A stretch of DNA of 64,000 nt from Squalus acanthias. Lineage: Eukaryota. The stretch lies in assembly GCA_030390025.1 (NCBI GenBank), contig JASTWF010000034.1, positions 2,170,001-2,234,000 of the forward strand, given 5' to 3'. The notes under the pieces were generated by a model. That model was given only the letters and a program-made list of their open reading frames with translations, was not told the origin of the DNA and made no database searches. The number at the start of each line of letters is the position of its first letter. The first letter of the stretch is position 1. This document shows, in pieces, positions 47,705-59,707 of this stretch. Both the position numbers and the translations under genes were made by a program.

Positions 47705-50620
47705 TATAGAATCATAGGAGCAGGAGCAGGCCATTCGGCCCCTCGAGCCAGCTCCGCCCTTCAAGGAGATGATTGCTGATCATCCAAATTCAGTACCCTG
47801 TCCCTGCTTTTTCCCCATATCCCTTGATCCCTTTAGCCTTAAGAAATATATCTAACTCCTTCTTGAATATATTTAATGAGTTGGCCTCAACTGCATTTTG
47901 TGATAGAGAATTCCACAGGTTCACCACTCTTTGGGTGAAGAGATTCCTCCTCATCTCAGTCCTAAATGGCTTATCCCTTATCCTTAGACTGTGACCCCTG
48001 GTTCTGGACTCCCCGGCCATCGGGAACATCCTTCCTGCATCTAGTCTGTCTAGTCCTGTTAGAATTTTTTAAGTTTCAATGAGTTCCCCTCTCATTCTTC
48101 TAAACTCCAGCGAGTATAAGCACAATCGACCCTATTTCTCCTCAGACATTATTCCTGCCATCCCAGGTATCCGTCTGGTGAATCTTCGCTCCATGGCAAG
48201 AACATCTTTCCTCAGATAAGGAGACCAAACTGCACACAATACTCAAGATGTGGTCTCACGAAGGCTCTGTACAACTACAGCAAGACATCCTTGTTCCTGC
48301 ACTCGAACCCTCTCGCTACGACGGCCAACATACCATTTGCCTTCTAAACCGCCTGCTGCACCTTCATGCTTACTTTCAGCGACTGGTGCACAAGGACTCC
48401 CAGGTATCGTTGCACTTCCCTGTCTCCCAATCTATTGCCATTCAGATAATAATCTGCCTCCTGTTTTTGCCACCAAAGTGGACAACCTCGCATTTATGCA
48501 CATTGTACTGCATTTGCCATGCATCTGCCCAATCACCCAACCTATCCAAATCATACTGGAGTTTCTCGGTATCATCCTCGCAGCACACACGCCCACCCAG
48601 CTTTGTGTCGTCTACAAACTTGGAGATATTACATCTAGGTCCCTCGTCTAGATCATTAACATACATTGTGAATAGCTGTGGTCTTAGGATCGATCCCTGC
48701 GGTACCCCACTAGTCACTGCCAGCCACTCGGAAAAAAGACTCGTTTATTCCTACTGTTTGCTTCCTGTCTGCCAATCAGTTCTCAATCCAAGTCAGTACC
48801 CTGCCCACAATCCCATGTGCCTTAACTTTACATGCTAATCTCTTATGCAGGACCTTATGGAAAGCCTTCTGAAAGTCCAAATACACCCCATCCACTGGTT
48901 CTCCCTTATCTATTTTACCAGTTACATCCTCAAAAAATTCCAGTAGATTATTCAAGCACGAGTTACCTTATGTAAATCCATGTTGGCTTTGACCGATCCT
49001 GTCACTGCTTTCCAAGTGCTTTGCTATTATATCTTTTATAATGGACTCCAACATTTTCCCCACTACCGATGTCAGGCTTCCCGGTCTATAATTCCCCGTT
49101 TTCTCTCTCCCACCTTTTTTAATAGTGGGGTAACATTAGCTAACCTCCAATCCATGGGAATTGTTCCAGTGTCTATACAATTTTGGAAGATGACTTGCAA
49201 TGCATCTACTATTTCTAGGGATACTTCCTTAAGTATCCTAGGATGTTGATTATCAGGCCCTGGGGATGAATCGGCCGTCAATTTCCCTAACACCATTTCC
49301 CTACAATTACTGATTTCTTTCAGTTCCTCCCTCTCATTCGGCCCTATGTTCCCCGACATCTCTGGGAGGTTATTTGTGTCATCCTTTGTGAAGACAGAAC
49401 CAAAGTATGTATTCGATTGGTCTGCCATTTTTTCGTTCCCCATTATAAATTCCCCTGATTCTGACTGCAAGGGACCTACGCTTGACTTCACCAATCTTTT
49501 TCTCTTCACATATCTATAGAAGCTTTTACAGTCAGTTTCTCAAATCCTCGCAAGCTTACTCTCATACTCTATTTTCCCACTCTTAATGAATCCCTTTGTC
49601 CTCCTCTGCTGAATCCTAAACTGCTCCCAATCCTCAGGTTTGCTGCTTTTTCTGGCCAATTTATATGTCCTCTCTTTGGATCTTATGCTATCCCTAATTT
49701 CCCGTGTTAGCCACGGTTGATTCACATTTTTTGTTTTATTTTTATGCCAAAAAGGGCTGAACAAATTCTGTAGTTCATCCATGCGATCTTTCAATGTTTG
49801 CCTTTGCCTATCCACCATCAACCCTTTGATTAACATCCCCCAATCAATCCTACCCAATTCGCACCTCGTCCCATCGTAGTTTCCTTTATTTAAATTCAGA
49901 ACCCTAGTCTCTGAGTCAACTACTTCACTCTCCATCTTAATGAAGAATTCGATCATATTATGATCGCTCCGCCCCAAGGGGCCTCGCACAAAAAGATTGC
50001 TAATTATTCCTTTCTAATTACATAATACCAAGTCTAAGATGGCCTGATCTCGAGTTGGTTCCTCGACATATTGGTCAAGGAAAACATCCTGTATACACTC
50101 CAGGCATTCCTCCTCCACAGTATTGTTACTAATTTGGTTTGCCCAATCTATATGTAGATTAAAGTTACCCATGATAAGTGCAGTGCTCTTATTGAACGTG
50201 TCTCTAATTCCCGTTTAATGCCATCCCCAAGCTCCGCATTACTGTTTGGGGGTCTGTATACAACTCCCACTAACGTTTTCTGTCCCTTGGTATTTCTCAG
50301 CTCTACCCGTACAGATTCTACATCATCAGAGCAAATATCCTTCCTTACAATTGTGTTAATCTCCTCTTTAACCAGCAATGCTACCCGGCTTCCTTTTTCC
50401 TTTTGCCTGTCTATCCTGAATATTGAATAACCCTGGATGTTGAATTCTCAGCCTTGGTGTCCCTGGAGCCATGTTTCCCTAATCCCAATCATATCATATC
50501 CGTTTACATCTATTTGCGATGCTAATTCATCGACCTTATTATGAATGCTCCTCGCATTCAGACACAAAGCCTTCAGGCTTGTTTCTTTTAACATACTTAG
50601 ACCTTTTAGAATTATTATTT
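47705..50620 (-). mobile_element. CR1 LINE, near-complete ORF2, degenerate
   Basis: EN and RT motifs across ORFs 50148-50378, 49540-49989, 49072-49509, 48442-48717 and 47790-48029; related to 10125-12882. Confidence 0.92.
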
Positions 50621-51360
50621 ACCGGGGAACTCCACTGTCTACCTCCCTCCAGACCCCAGTACTGAACCCTGGGGAACTCCACTGTATACCTCCCTCCAGA
50701 CACCAATACTGAACCCTGGGGAACTCCACTGTGTACCTCCACGCAGACACAAGTACTGAATCCTGGGGAACTCCACTGTATACCTCCCTCCAGACCCCAG
50801 TACTGAACCCTGGGGAACTCCACTGTATACCTCCCTCCAGCCCCTAGTACTGTACCCTGGGGAACTCCACTGTATACCTCCCTCCAGCCCCTAGTACTGA
50901 ACCCTGGGGAACTCCACTGTATACCTCCCTCCAGCCCCTAGTACTGAACCCTGGGGAACTCCACTGTATACCTCCCTCCAGCCCCAGTACTGAACCCTGG
51001 GGAACTCCACTGTATACCTCCCTCCAGACCCCAGTACTGAACCCTGGGGAACTCCACTGTATACCTCCCTCCAGACCCCAGTACTGATCCCTGGGGAACT
51101 CCACTGTATACCTCCCTCCAGACCCCAGTACTGAACCTTGGGGAACTCCACTGTATACCTCCCCCCAGACCCCAGTACTGAACCCTGGGGAACTCCACTG
51201 TATACCTCCCTCCAGACCCCCCAGTACTGAACCCTGGGGAACTCCACTGTATCCCTCCCTCCAGACCCCAGTACTGAACCCTGGGGAATTCCACTATATA
51301 CCTCCCTCCATACCCCAGTACTGAACCCTGGAGAACTCCACTATTTACCTACCTCCAGCC
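50621..51360. repeat. 47-bp minisatellite (~15 copies) derived from a CR1 RT motif
   Basis: 47-bp period; the minus strand encodes [15 protein letters not shown]. Confidence 0.95.
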
Positions 51361-51620
51361 CGAAGACAGCCATTCAACACAATTCTGTGTTTTCTGTCCC
51401 TGATCCAATTTGTATCCATGCTGCTTCTGCCCCTTTTATCCCACGGGCTTTAATTTGCTCACAAGCCTAATATGTGCAACTTTATCAAACGCCTTTTGAA
51501 TTTCCGAATACAGAACATCAACTGCACAGCCCTCATCAACCCTTTTACCTCATCAAAACTCTCAATCAGTTTAGTCAAACACGATTTGCCTTCAACAAAT
51601 GTGGGCTGGCTCTCCCTGAT
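51361..51620 (-). mobile_element. Old CR1 RT fragment contiguous with the 47-bp array
   Basis: GKSCLTKLIE, DEGCAVDV, QKAFDKVAH remnants on the minus strand. Confidence 0.7.
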
Positions 51621-51751
51621 AACAAATACACAGTGGAATAAAGATCCAGTGAATTGGAAAATTGGGCTTGATCAGCAAGACACAGGGCAATAAATTTATC
51701 ATTAATTGTTAACTTGAACATGACAACCAGCACAGAGGGGAATAGAGCGAG

Positions 51752-53858
51752 AGATTTCTCATCTACTCGTTGCCCCTTGGTGACATCATCCCAAAACACA
51801 GTGTCAGTTTCCACATGTACGCTGACGACACCCAGCTCTACCTCACTACCTCTTCTCTCGACACCTTCACAGTGTCTAAATTGTCAGACTGCTTCTCCGA
51901 GATACAGTTCTGAATGAGCCAAAAGTTTCTCCAATTATATATTGGGAAGACCGAAGCCATTGTTTTGGGTCCCCGCCACCAACACCTTTCGCTAGCCACT
52001 GACTCCATCCCTCTCCCTAACATCTGTCTGAGGCTGAACCACACTGTTCGCAACATTGGTTTAATATTTGACCCTGAAGTGAGCCTCCGACCACATATCC
52101 GCAGCATAACAAAGGCCGCCTACTTCCACCTCCGTAGCATCGCCCGTCTCCGCCCTTGCCTCAGCTCATCCGCTGCTGAAACCCTCATCCATGCCTTTGT
52201 TACTTCTAGACTTGACTATTCCAACGCACTCCTGGCTGGCCTCCCACATTCCACCCTATGTAAACTTGAGGTCATCCAAAACTCGGCTGCCCGTGTCATA
52301 ACTCGCAACAAGTCCCGTTCACCCATCTCCCCTGTGCTCGCTGACATACACTGACTCCCTGTTAAGCAGCATCTCGATTTCATAAATTCTCATCCTTGTT
52401 TTCAAATCCCTCCATGGCCTCGCCCCTCCCTATCTCTAATCTCCTTCAGCCCCACAACCCCCCGAGATATATCCGCTCCTCTAATTCTGCTCTTTTCAGC
52501 ATCCCTGATTATAATTGCGCAACATTTGGTGGCCGTGCCTTCTGTTGCCTCGGCCCTAAGCTCTGGAATTCCCAACCTCAACCTCTCCGCCTCGCTACTT
52601 CTATTTCCTCCTTGAAGACGCTCCTTAAAACCTACCTCTTTGAAAAAGGTTTTGGTCACCTGCCCTAATTTAAGAGTTTGGAATAAACGGCTCATTTTCT
52701 GAATGGCAGGCAGTAACAAGTGGGGTACCACAGGGATCTGTCCTGGGTCCCCAGCTGTTCACAATTTACTTTAATGACCTGGATCAGGGAGTCGGCTGCA
52801 ACATTTCCAAATTTGCAGACGACACTAAACTAGGAGGGGGGGTGGGCTGAGAGGAGGAGACCAGGAAGCTCCAGAGCGATTTGGACAGACTGGGTGATTG
52901 GGCGGATAAATGGCAGATGCACTATAATGTGGACAAGTGCGAAGTTATCCACCTTGGGTGCAGGAACGGGAGGGCAAATTATTATATAAATGGCAATAAA
53001 TTGGGAGAGGGAGAAGTACAGAGAGACCTGGGTGTTCTTGTACACCAGTCACTGAAGGCGAGCATGCAGGTGCAACAGGCGGTCAAGAAGGCAAACCGTA
53101 TGCTGGCCTTCATAGCAAAAGGGTTGGAATACAGGAACAGGGATACCTTGCTGCAGCTGTACAGGGCGCTGGTGAGACCACACCTCGAGTACTGTGTACA
53201 GTTTTGGTCGCCTCATCTGAGGAAAGATGTTCTTGCCATGGAGGGGGTGCAGCGGCGATTCACCAGGCTGATACCAGGAATGGCGGGATTGACCTATGAG
53301 GAGAGACTATGTAGTTTAGGGATGTACACACTGGAGTTTAGAAGATTGAGAGGGGACCTCATAGAAGTGTATAAAATTCTGACAGGTCTAGACAGACTAG
53401 ATGCAGAAGGAATGTTTCCCTTGGCGGGTGAGAACAGAACTAGAGGACATAATTTAAGGATAAGGGCTAAACCATTTAGGACAGAGATGAGGGGGAATTT
53501 CTTCACTCAGAGGGTGGTGAACCTGTGGAACTCATTGCCACAGAGGGCAGTGTACGCCAGCTCATTAAATATATTTAAGAGGGAATTAGATATATTTCTA
53601 CAGGCAAAAGGGGTTAAGGGTTACGGAGAGAAGGCGGGGACGGGATACTGAATTGGAGGATCAGCCATGATCTCATTAAATGGTGGAGCAGGCTCGAAGT
53701 ACCGGTGGCCTGCTCCTGCTCCTATCTTCTATGTATCTATGTATCTATGTATCCTTCTGTGGAACGGAGCCACTTTTGTGTCTTAAACTCCTGAGCAGCG
53801 CCTTGGGACGTTTTACTACGTTAAAGGCGCTATATAAATACACGTCGTTGTTGTTGTT
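51752..53858 (+). mobile_element. L2 LINE 3' portion, split in its 3' UTR by a CR1 (52671-53752)
   Basis: FHMYADDTQLYL, KTEAIV, ETLIHAFVTSRLDYSNALLAGLP; tail GCGCTATATAAATACA..(GTT)n at 53826-53858. Confidence 0.85.
52671..53752 (+). mobile_element. Young CR1 3' fragment, nearly identical to 6434-7515
   Basis: ORF 52881-53651 differs from the 898-aa ORF C-terminus at only two internal residues (YYIN, NRM); (GTATCTAT)n tail. Confidence 0.93.
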
Positions 53859-54096
53859 GATCTGGTTTTAAAATGGAAGTAGTAACCAATACACCCAGGA
53901 ACAAAGGCACTGTTGTTTGATAAATTGGACATGAAAACTAATAAAAAGATTGCAGCACAGGACCTTCTCCTGATCTTATTTATTATTTTATTCAGAACGT
54001 TGCAATTATTTGTACAAATTGACATATTAAGCATAGAGGGAAAATGAGCTACAGTTATTTAAATTTGACTTGAAAAATAATACACAAGTGCATTAG

Positions 54097-54872
54097 TTAA
54101 TGGTTAAATTGGGTATGATAATCAATACACAGGGTAAAACTGCCAGTTAATTGTTAAATTGGGTATGATAATCAATACACAGGGTGAAATTGTCACAGTT
54201 AATTGTTAAATTGGGTATGATAACCAATACACAGGGTGAAACTGTCACACTTAATTGTTAAATTGGGTATGATAACCAATACACAGGGTGAAACTCTCAC
54301 AGTTAATTGTTAAATTGGGGATGATATCCAATACACAGGGTGAAACTGTCACAGTTAATTGTTAAATTGGGTATGATAACCAATACACAGGGTGAAACTG
54401 TCACAGTTAATTGCTAAATTGGGTATGATAACCAATACACAGGGTAAAACTGTCACAGTTAATTGTTAAATTGGGTATGGTAACCAATACACAGAGTAAA
54501 ACTGTCACAGTTAATTGTTAAATTGGGTATGATAACCAATACACAGTGTAAAACTGTCACAGTTAATTGTTAAATTGGGTATGATAACCAATACACAGTA
54601 AAACTGTCACAGTTAATTGTTAAATTGAGTATGATAACCAATACACAGTAAAACCGTCACAGTTAATTGTTAAATTGGGTATGATAACCAATACACAGTG
54701 TAAAACTGTCACAGTTAATTGTTAAATTGGGTATGATAACCAATACACAGGGTAAAACTGTCACAGTTAATTGCTAAATTGGGTATGATAACCAATACAC
54801 AGGGTAAAACTGCCGCAGTTAATTGTTAAATTGAGTATGATAGCCAATAAACAAGGGAGTAAAGTTAATTGT
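54097..54872. repeat. 52-bp AT-rich minisatellite, ~15 copies
   Basis: Unit GTTAATTGTTAAATTGGGTATGATAACCAATACACAGGGTGAAACTGTCACA. Confidence 0.95.
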
Positions 54873-54896
54873 TATTTCTTAAATAGGAATTAAGCA

Positions 54897-55163
54897 AAAC
54901 ACAACGTATATTTATACAGCGCCTTTAACGTAGTAAAGCGTCCCAGGGCGCTTCACACGAGTTTATCAAACAACATTTGTCATCGAGCCACATAAGGAGA
55001 TATTTGGGCAGATAACCAAAAGCTTGGTCAAAGAGGTAATTTTTAAGGAGCGTCTTGATGGAGGAGAGAGAGGCAGAGAGGTTTACGGACAGAATTCCAG
55101 AGCTTAGGGCACAGGCAGCTGAAGGCATGGCCACCAATGGTGGAGTGATTAAAATCAGGGATA
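54897..55163 (-). mobile_element. L2 LINE 3' end
   Basis: Reverse complement matches 52500-52670 plus 53753-53858. Confidence 0.8.
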
Positions 55164-58100
55164 CATTGAGAGGGACATTGAGAGAGACATTGACTGAAAC
55201 ATAGAGCGAGACATTGGGAGGGTCATTGAGCGGGCCATAGAGCGAGTCAGACAGACACAGAGAGAAATAGAAACAATGAGAGTGGGCAGATTGAGAGATA
55301 GAAATAGAGAGACAGAAAGTCTGGGGGAGAGCCACAGACAGCCAGAGAGAGACAGACAGGCTGAGAGAGGCAGAGGGAAGAGAAAGACAGGGATAGATAT
55401 TGAGATTTAGAAAATAGGAACATATGAAATAGGAGCAGGAGTAGGCCATTCGGCCCATCGATCCTGCTCCGCCGTTCAATAAGGTCATGGCTGAACTTCT
55501 ACCTCAACAACACTTTCCTGAACTATCCCCATATCCCATGATTTCCTTAATATTCAAAAATCTTTCAATCTCTGTCTTGAATATACTCAACGACTGAGCA
55601 TTCACAGCCCTCTGGGGTAGAGAATTGCCAAGATTCCCCACCCTCCAAGTGAAGAATTTACTCCTCATCTCGGACCTAACTGGCCGACGTCTTTTGCTGA
55701 GACTGTGACCCCTTGTTCTAGACTCCCGAGCCAGGGGAAACATCCTCACTGCATCTACCCTGTTAAGCCCGCTAAGAATTTTATATATTTCCATGAGATT
55801 ACCTCTCATTCTTCTAAACTCTAGAGAACATAGGCCTAGTCTAATCAATCTGTTCTCATAGGACAATCCCCCCATCCCAGGAACCAGCCTGGTGAACCTT
55901 CGTTGCACTCCCTCTTTGGCAATTATATCCTTCCTTAGGTAAGGAGACCAACACTGTACACAGTACTCCTGGTGTGGTCTCACCAGGGCCCTATATAATT
56001 GCAGTAAGACGTCTTTACTCTTATATTCAAATCCTCTTGTAGTAAAGGCCAAGATACCATTTGCTTTCCTAATTATTTGCTGTACCTGCATGTTACCTTT
56101 CAGTGATTCATGTACAAGGACACCAAGGTCCCTTTGAACACCAACATTTCCCAATCTCTCAACATTTAAAAAATACCTTGCTTTACTATTTTTCCTAGCT
56201 GCACATTTCTCCACATTATATTCTATTTGCCATGTTCTTGCCCATTCACTTAGCCTGTCTATGTCCTCTTGAAACCTCCTTGCATCCTCCTCAGAACTTA
56301 CATTCCAACCCAGCTTTTTATCATCAGCAAACTTGGATATATTGCATTTGGTCCCCAAATCCAAATCATTGATATATATCGTAAATAGCTGTGGCCCAAA
56401 CACTGATTCTTGCGGTACCCCACTAGTTACAGTCTGCCAAACCGAAAATGACTCGTTTATTGCTATTCTCTGTTTTCTGTCTGTTAACCAATCCTCAACC
56501 CATGCTAGAATATTACCCCCATTTTGTTTAATAACCTCTTGTGCCGCACCTTATCGAATGACTTCTGAAAATCCAAATCTACCACATCTACTGTCTCCCC
56601 CTTATCTGTTCTGCTAGTTACAACCTCAAAAAACACTAGCAAATTTGTCAAACACGATTTCCCTTTCATAAATCCGTGTTGACAGTGCCCAATCCTATTA
56701 TAATTTCTAAGTGCCCTGTTACTACGTCGTTAATATATTTTAGCATTTTCCCTACTACTGATGTCAGGAAAACTGGTCTGTAGTTCCCCGTTTTCTCTCT
56801 CCCTCCTTTCTTAAATATTGGGGTTACATTTGCTACATTTCAATCCGCGGCAAACGTTCTAAAACCAATGCAATTTATGGAATTTCATCTGCCATCTATT
56901 TTTTTTTCTTTTTTATTCATTCATGGGCTGTGGTCATCGCTGGCACGCCTAGCATTTATTGCCCATCCCTAGTTGCACTTGAGAAGGTGGTGGTGAACCG
57001 CTACAGTCGGTGATGGGAAGGCGCTCCCACAGTGCTGTTATGGAGGGAGTTGCAGGATTTTGACCCAGCGACAATGAAGGAATGGTGATATACTTCCAAG
57101 TCAGGATGGTGTGTGACTTGGAGGGGAAGTTACAGGTGATGGTGTTCCCATGCTCTTGCTGCCATTGTCCTTCTAGGTGGTAGAGGCTGCATGTTTGGGA
57201 GGTACTGCCGAAGAAACCTTGGCAAGTTGCTGCAGTGCATCTTGTAGATAAATAGGAGCAGGAGTAGGCCTCCTCTGTTCCAAGGAAAACAAACCCAGCT
57301 TATCCCAGTTAATATTGGGGTAGTTCAAATCTCCTACTATTACTGCCCTATAGTTTTTGCACTTCTCAGAAATTTGTCGACATATTTGCTCTTCTATCTC
57401 CCTCTCACTGTTTGGGGGTCTTTAGTACACTCCCAGCAGTGTGGTCACCCCTTTTTTGTTTTTCCATTCCACCCATATGGCCTCGGTTGATGATCCCTCC
57501 AACATATCATCTCTCCTCACAGCTGTAATAGTTTCTTTAATCAATACCGCGACCCCCTCCCTTTTTACCACCCTCTCTACCCCTTTATGGTGATGGATGG
57601 GCTACCAATCGAATGTTTTGCTTTGTCCTGGATGATGTCGAGCTTCTTGAGTGTTGTTGGAGCTGCACTCATCCAGACAAGTGGAGAGTATTCCATCACA
57701 CTCCTGACTTGTGCCTTGTAGATGGTGGAAAGGATTTGGGGAGTCAGGAGGTGAGACACTCGCCGCAGAATACCCAGCCTTGACCTGCTCTTTTCGCCAC
57801 AGTATTTATGTGGCCGGTCCAGTTAAGGTTCTGGTCAATGGAAACCCCCAGGATACAGATGGTGACGGATTTGGCGCTGGTAATCCCATTGAATGTTAAG
57901 GGGATGTGGCTCTTGTTGGAGATTGTCATTGCCTGGCACTTGTTTCGTGTGATTATTACTTGCCACTTATCAACCCAAGGCTGAATGTCATCCAGGTCTT
58001 GCTGCATGCGGGCATGCATTGCTTCATTATCTGAGGAGTTGTGAATAGAACTGAATACTGAGCAATCATCAGCGAACATCCCCACTTCTGACCAAAGGAT

Positions 58101-59251
58101 GGAGGGAAGGTCATTGATGAAATAGCTGAAGATGGTTGGGCCGAGGACACTGCCCTGATGTACTGCTGCAGTGATGTCCTGGGGCTGTGATGATTGACCT
58201 CCAAAAACAGCAACCATCTTCCTTTGTGCCGGGTATGACTCGAGCCAGTGGAGAGTTTTCCCCCTGCTTTCCATTGACACAATTTTACTGGGGCTCCTTG
58301 ATGCCACACTCAGTTCAATGCTGCCTTTATGTCAAGGGCAGTCACTCTCACCTCACCTCTGGAATACAGCTCCTTTGTCCATGTTTGGACCAAGGCTGTA
58401 ATGAGGTCTGGAGCCGAGTGCTCCTGGCGGAACTCAAACTGGGCATCGGTGAGAAGGTTATTAGTGAGTAAGTGCCACATAATAGCACTGTCGACGGCAC
58501 CTTTCATCAATTTGCTCATTTCAGCAGTCTGTCTATGTCATCCTGAAGCCTACCTTATCCCGCTCTGTGTGTGCTTGTATATATGTATATGAATATATAT
58601 ATATGTCTATGTCTATATCATAATATATATCAAAAAGAGCAGTGGTCCGAATAGCGACCCCTGGGGGATACCACTGTACACTTCCCTCCAGTCTGAATAA
58701 CAACCGTTCACCACTACTCTCGGTTTTCTGTCCCTTAGCCAATGTCAGGTTCCCACTGCCACTGTCCCTTTGGTCCTAACAAGTCTATTCAATTGTACTT
58801 CATCAACTGCATTTTGAATGTCCATATACACAACATCAACCACACTACCCTCATCAACCATTTCCGTTACTTCATCAAAGAACTTAATCAAGTTTGTCAG
58901 ACACACTTTGCCGCTAACATATCCGTGCTGGTTGTCATTTATTAATCCAAGTTTTTTTCCAAAGACAGATACTTTTCGCTGTGAATATGGCCTCTAGAAG
59001 TTTCCCCACCACTGACGTTAGGCTGACTGGCCTGCAGTTACAGGGTTTATCCCCCTCTCCTTTTTTAAACAGTGTGTAACATTTGCAACCCTCCTGTCCG
59101 CTGGCACCATTCCCATATCCGAGGAGGATTGAAATATTCTGGCCAGAGCCTGCGCTATTTCCACCATTTCTTCCCTCAGCAAACCTCATACATCCATTCC
59201 GGACCGGGTAAATGTTTTACTTTACTGTGGTATAAAAAGTGTTGGATTGAA

Positions 59252-59405
59252 AGGGGTTAACTGAAGCTGTTTGTTTAGTGACTGTAATTAATGTCAGTCT
59301 CCACGGGTTAACTGAAGATGTTTGTTTAGTGACTGTAATTAATGTCAGTCTCCATGGACTCTGATAGTATCAGTGCAGGGTTTCCCTCTTCTATTAATAA
59401 GGGAC
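59252..59405 (+). promoter_or_regulatory. Putative promoter of GPR139-like copy 3
   Basis: Two 51-bp units with TGTTTGTTTAGTGACTGTAATTAATGTCAGTC; GGGTTTCCC (59378-59386); TATTAATAA (59392-59400). Confidence 0.6.
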
Positions 59406-59526
59406 TCCTTTCAATGTGTTATCCATCGTGTCAGTGAGAGCATCACCTCCGGCACTGACAGGGATCAGCGCGCTGCTCCAGAGAGGGAGTCGGAATCTGA
59501 GAACAGTAGATTGGAATGTTACAACA

Positions 59527-59707
59527 ATGGATCAGAATCTGAGAACAGTAGATTGGAATGTTACAACAATGGGCAGGAGTTTCAGCTGGCAGTTTGACAT
59601 TCTTTCAGCAGATTATGATACACTGTCATTAGACGATCGGATCTATTACGCACTTCAGATTATCCAATACATTTACTATCCCCTTCTTGCTGCTGTTGGT
59701 GTTCCTG
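59527..59707 (+). CDS. GPR139-like GPCR first coding exon (copy 3)
   Basis: MDQNLRTVDWNVTT-MGRSFSWQFDILSADYDTLSLDDRIYYALQIIQYIYYPLLAAVGVP, 181 nt (phase 1), GTAAGT donor at 59708. Confidence 0.8.
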
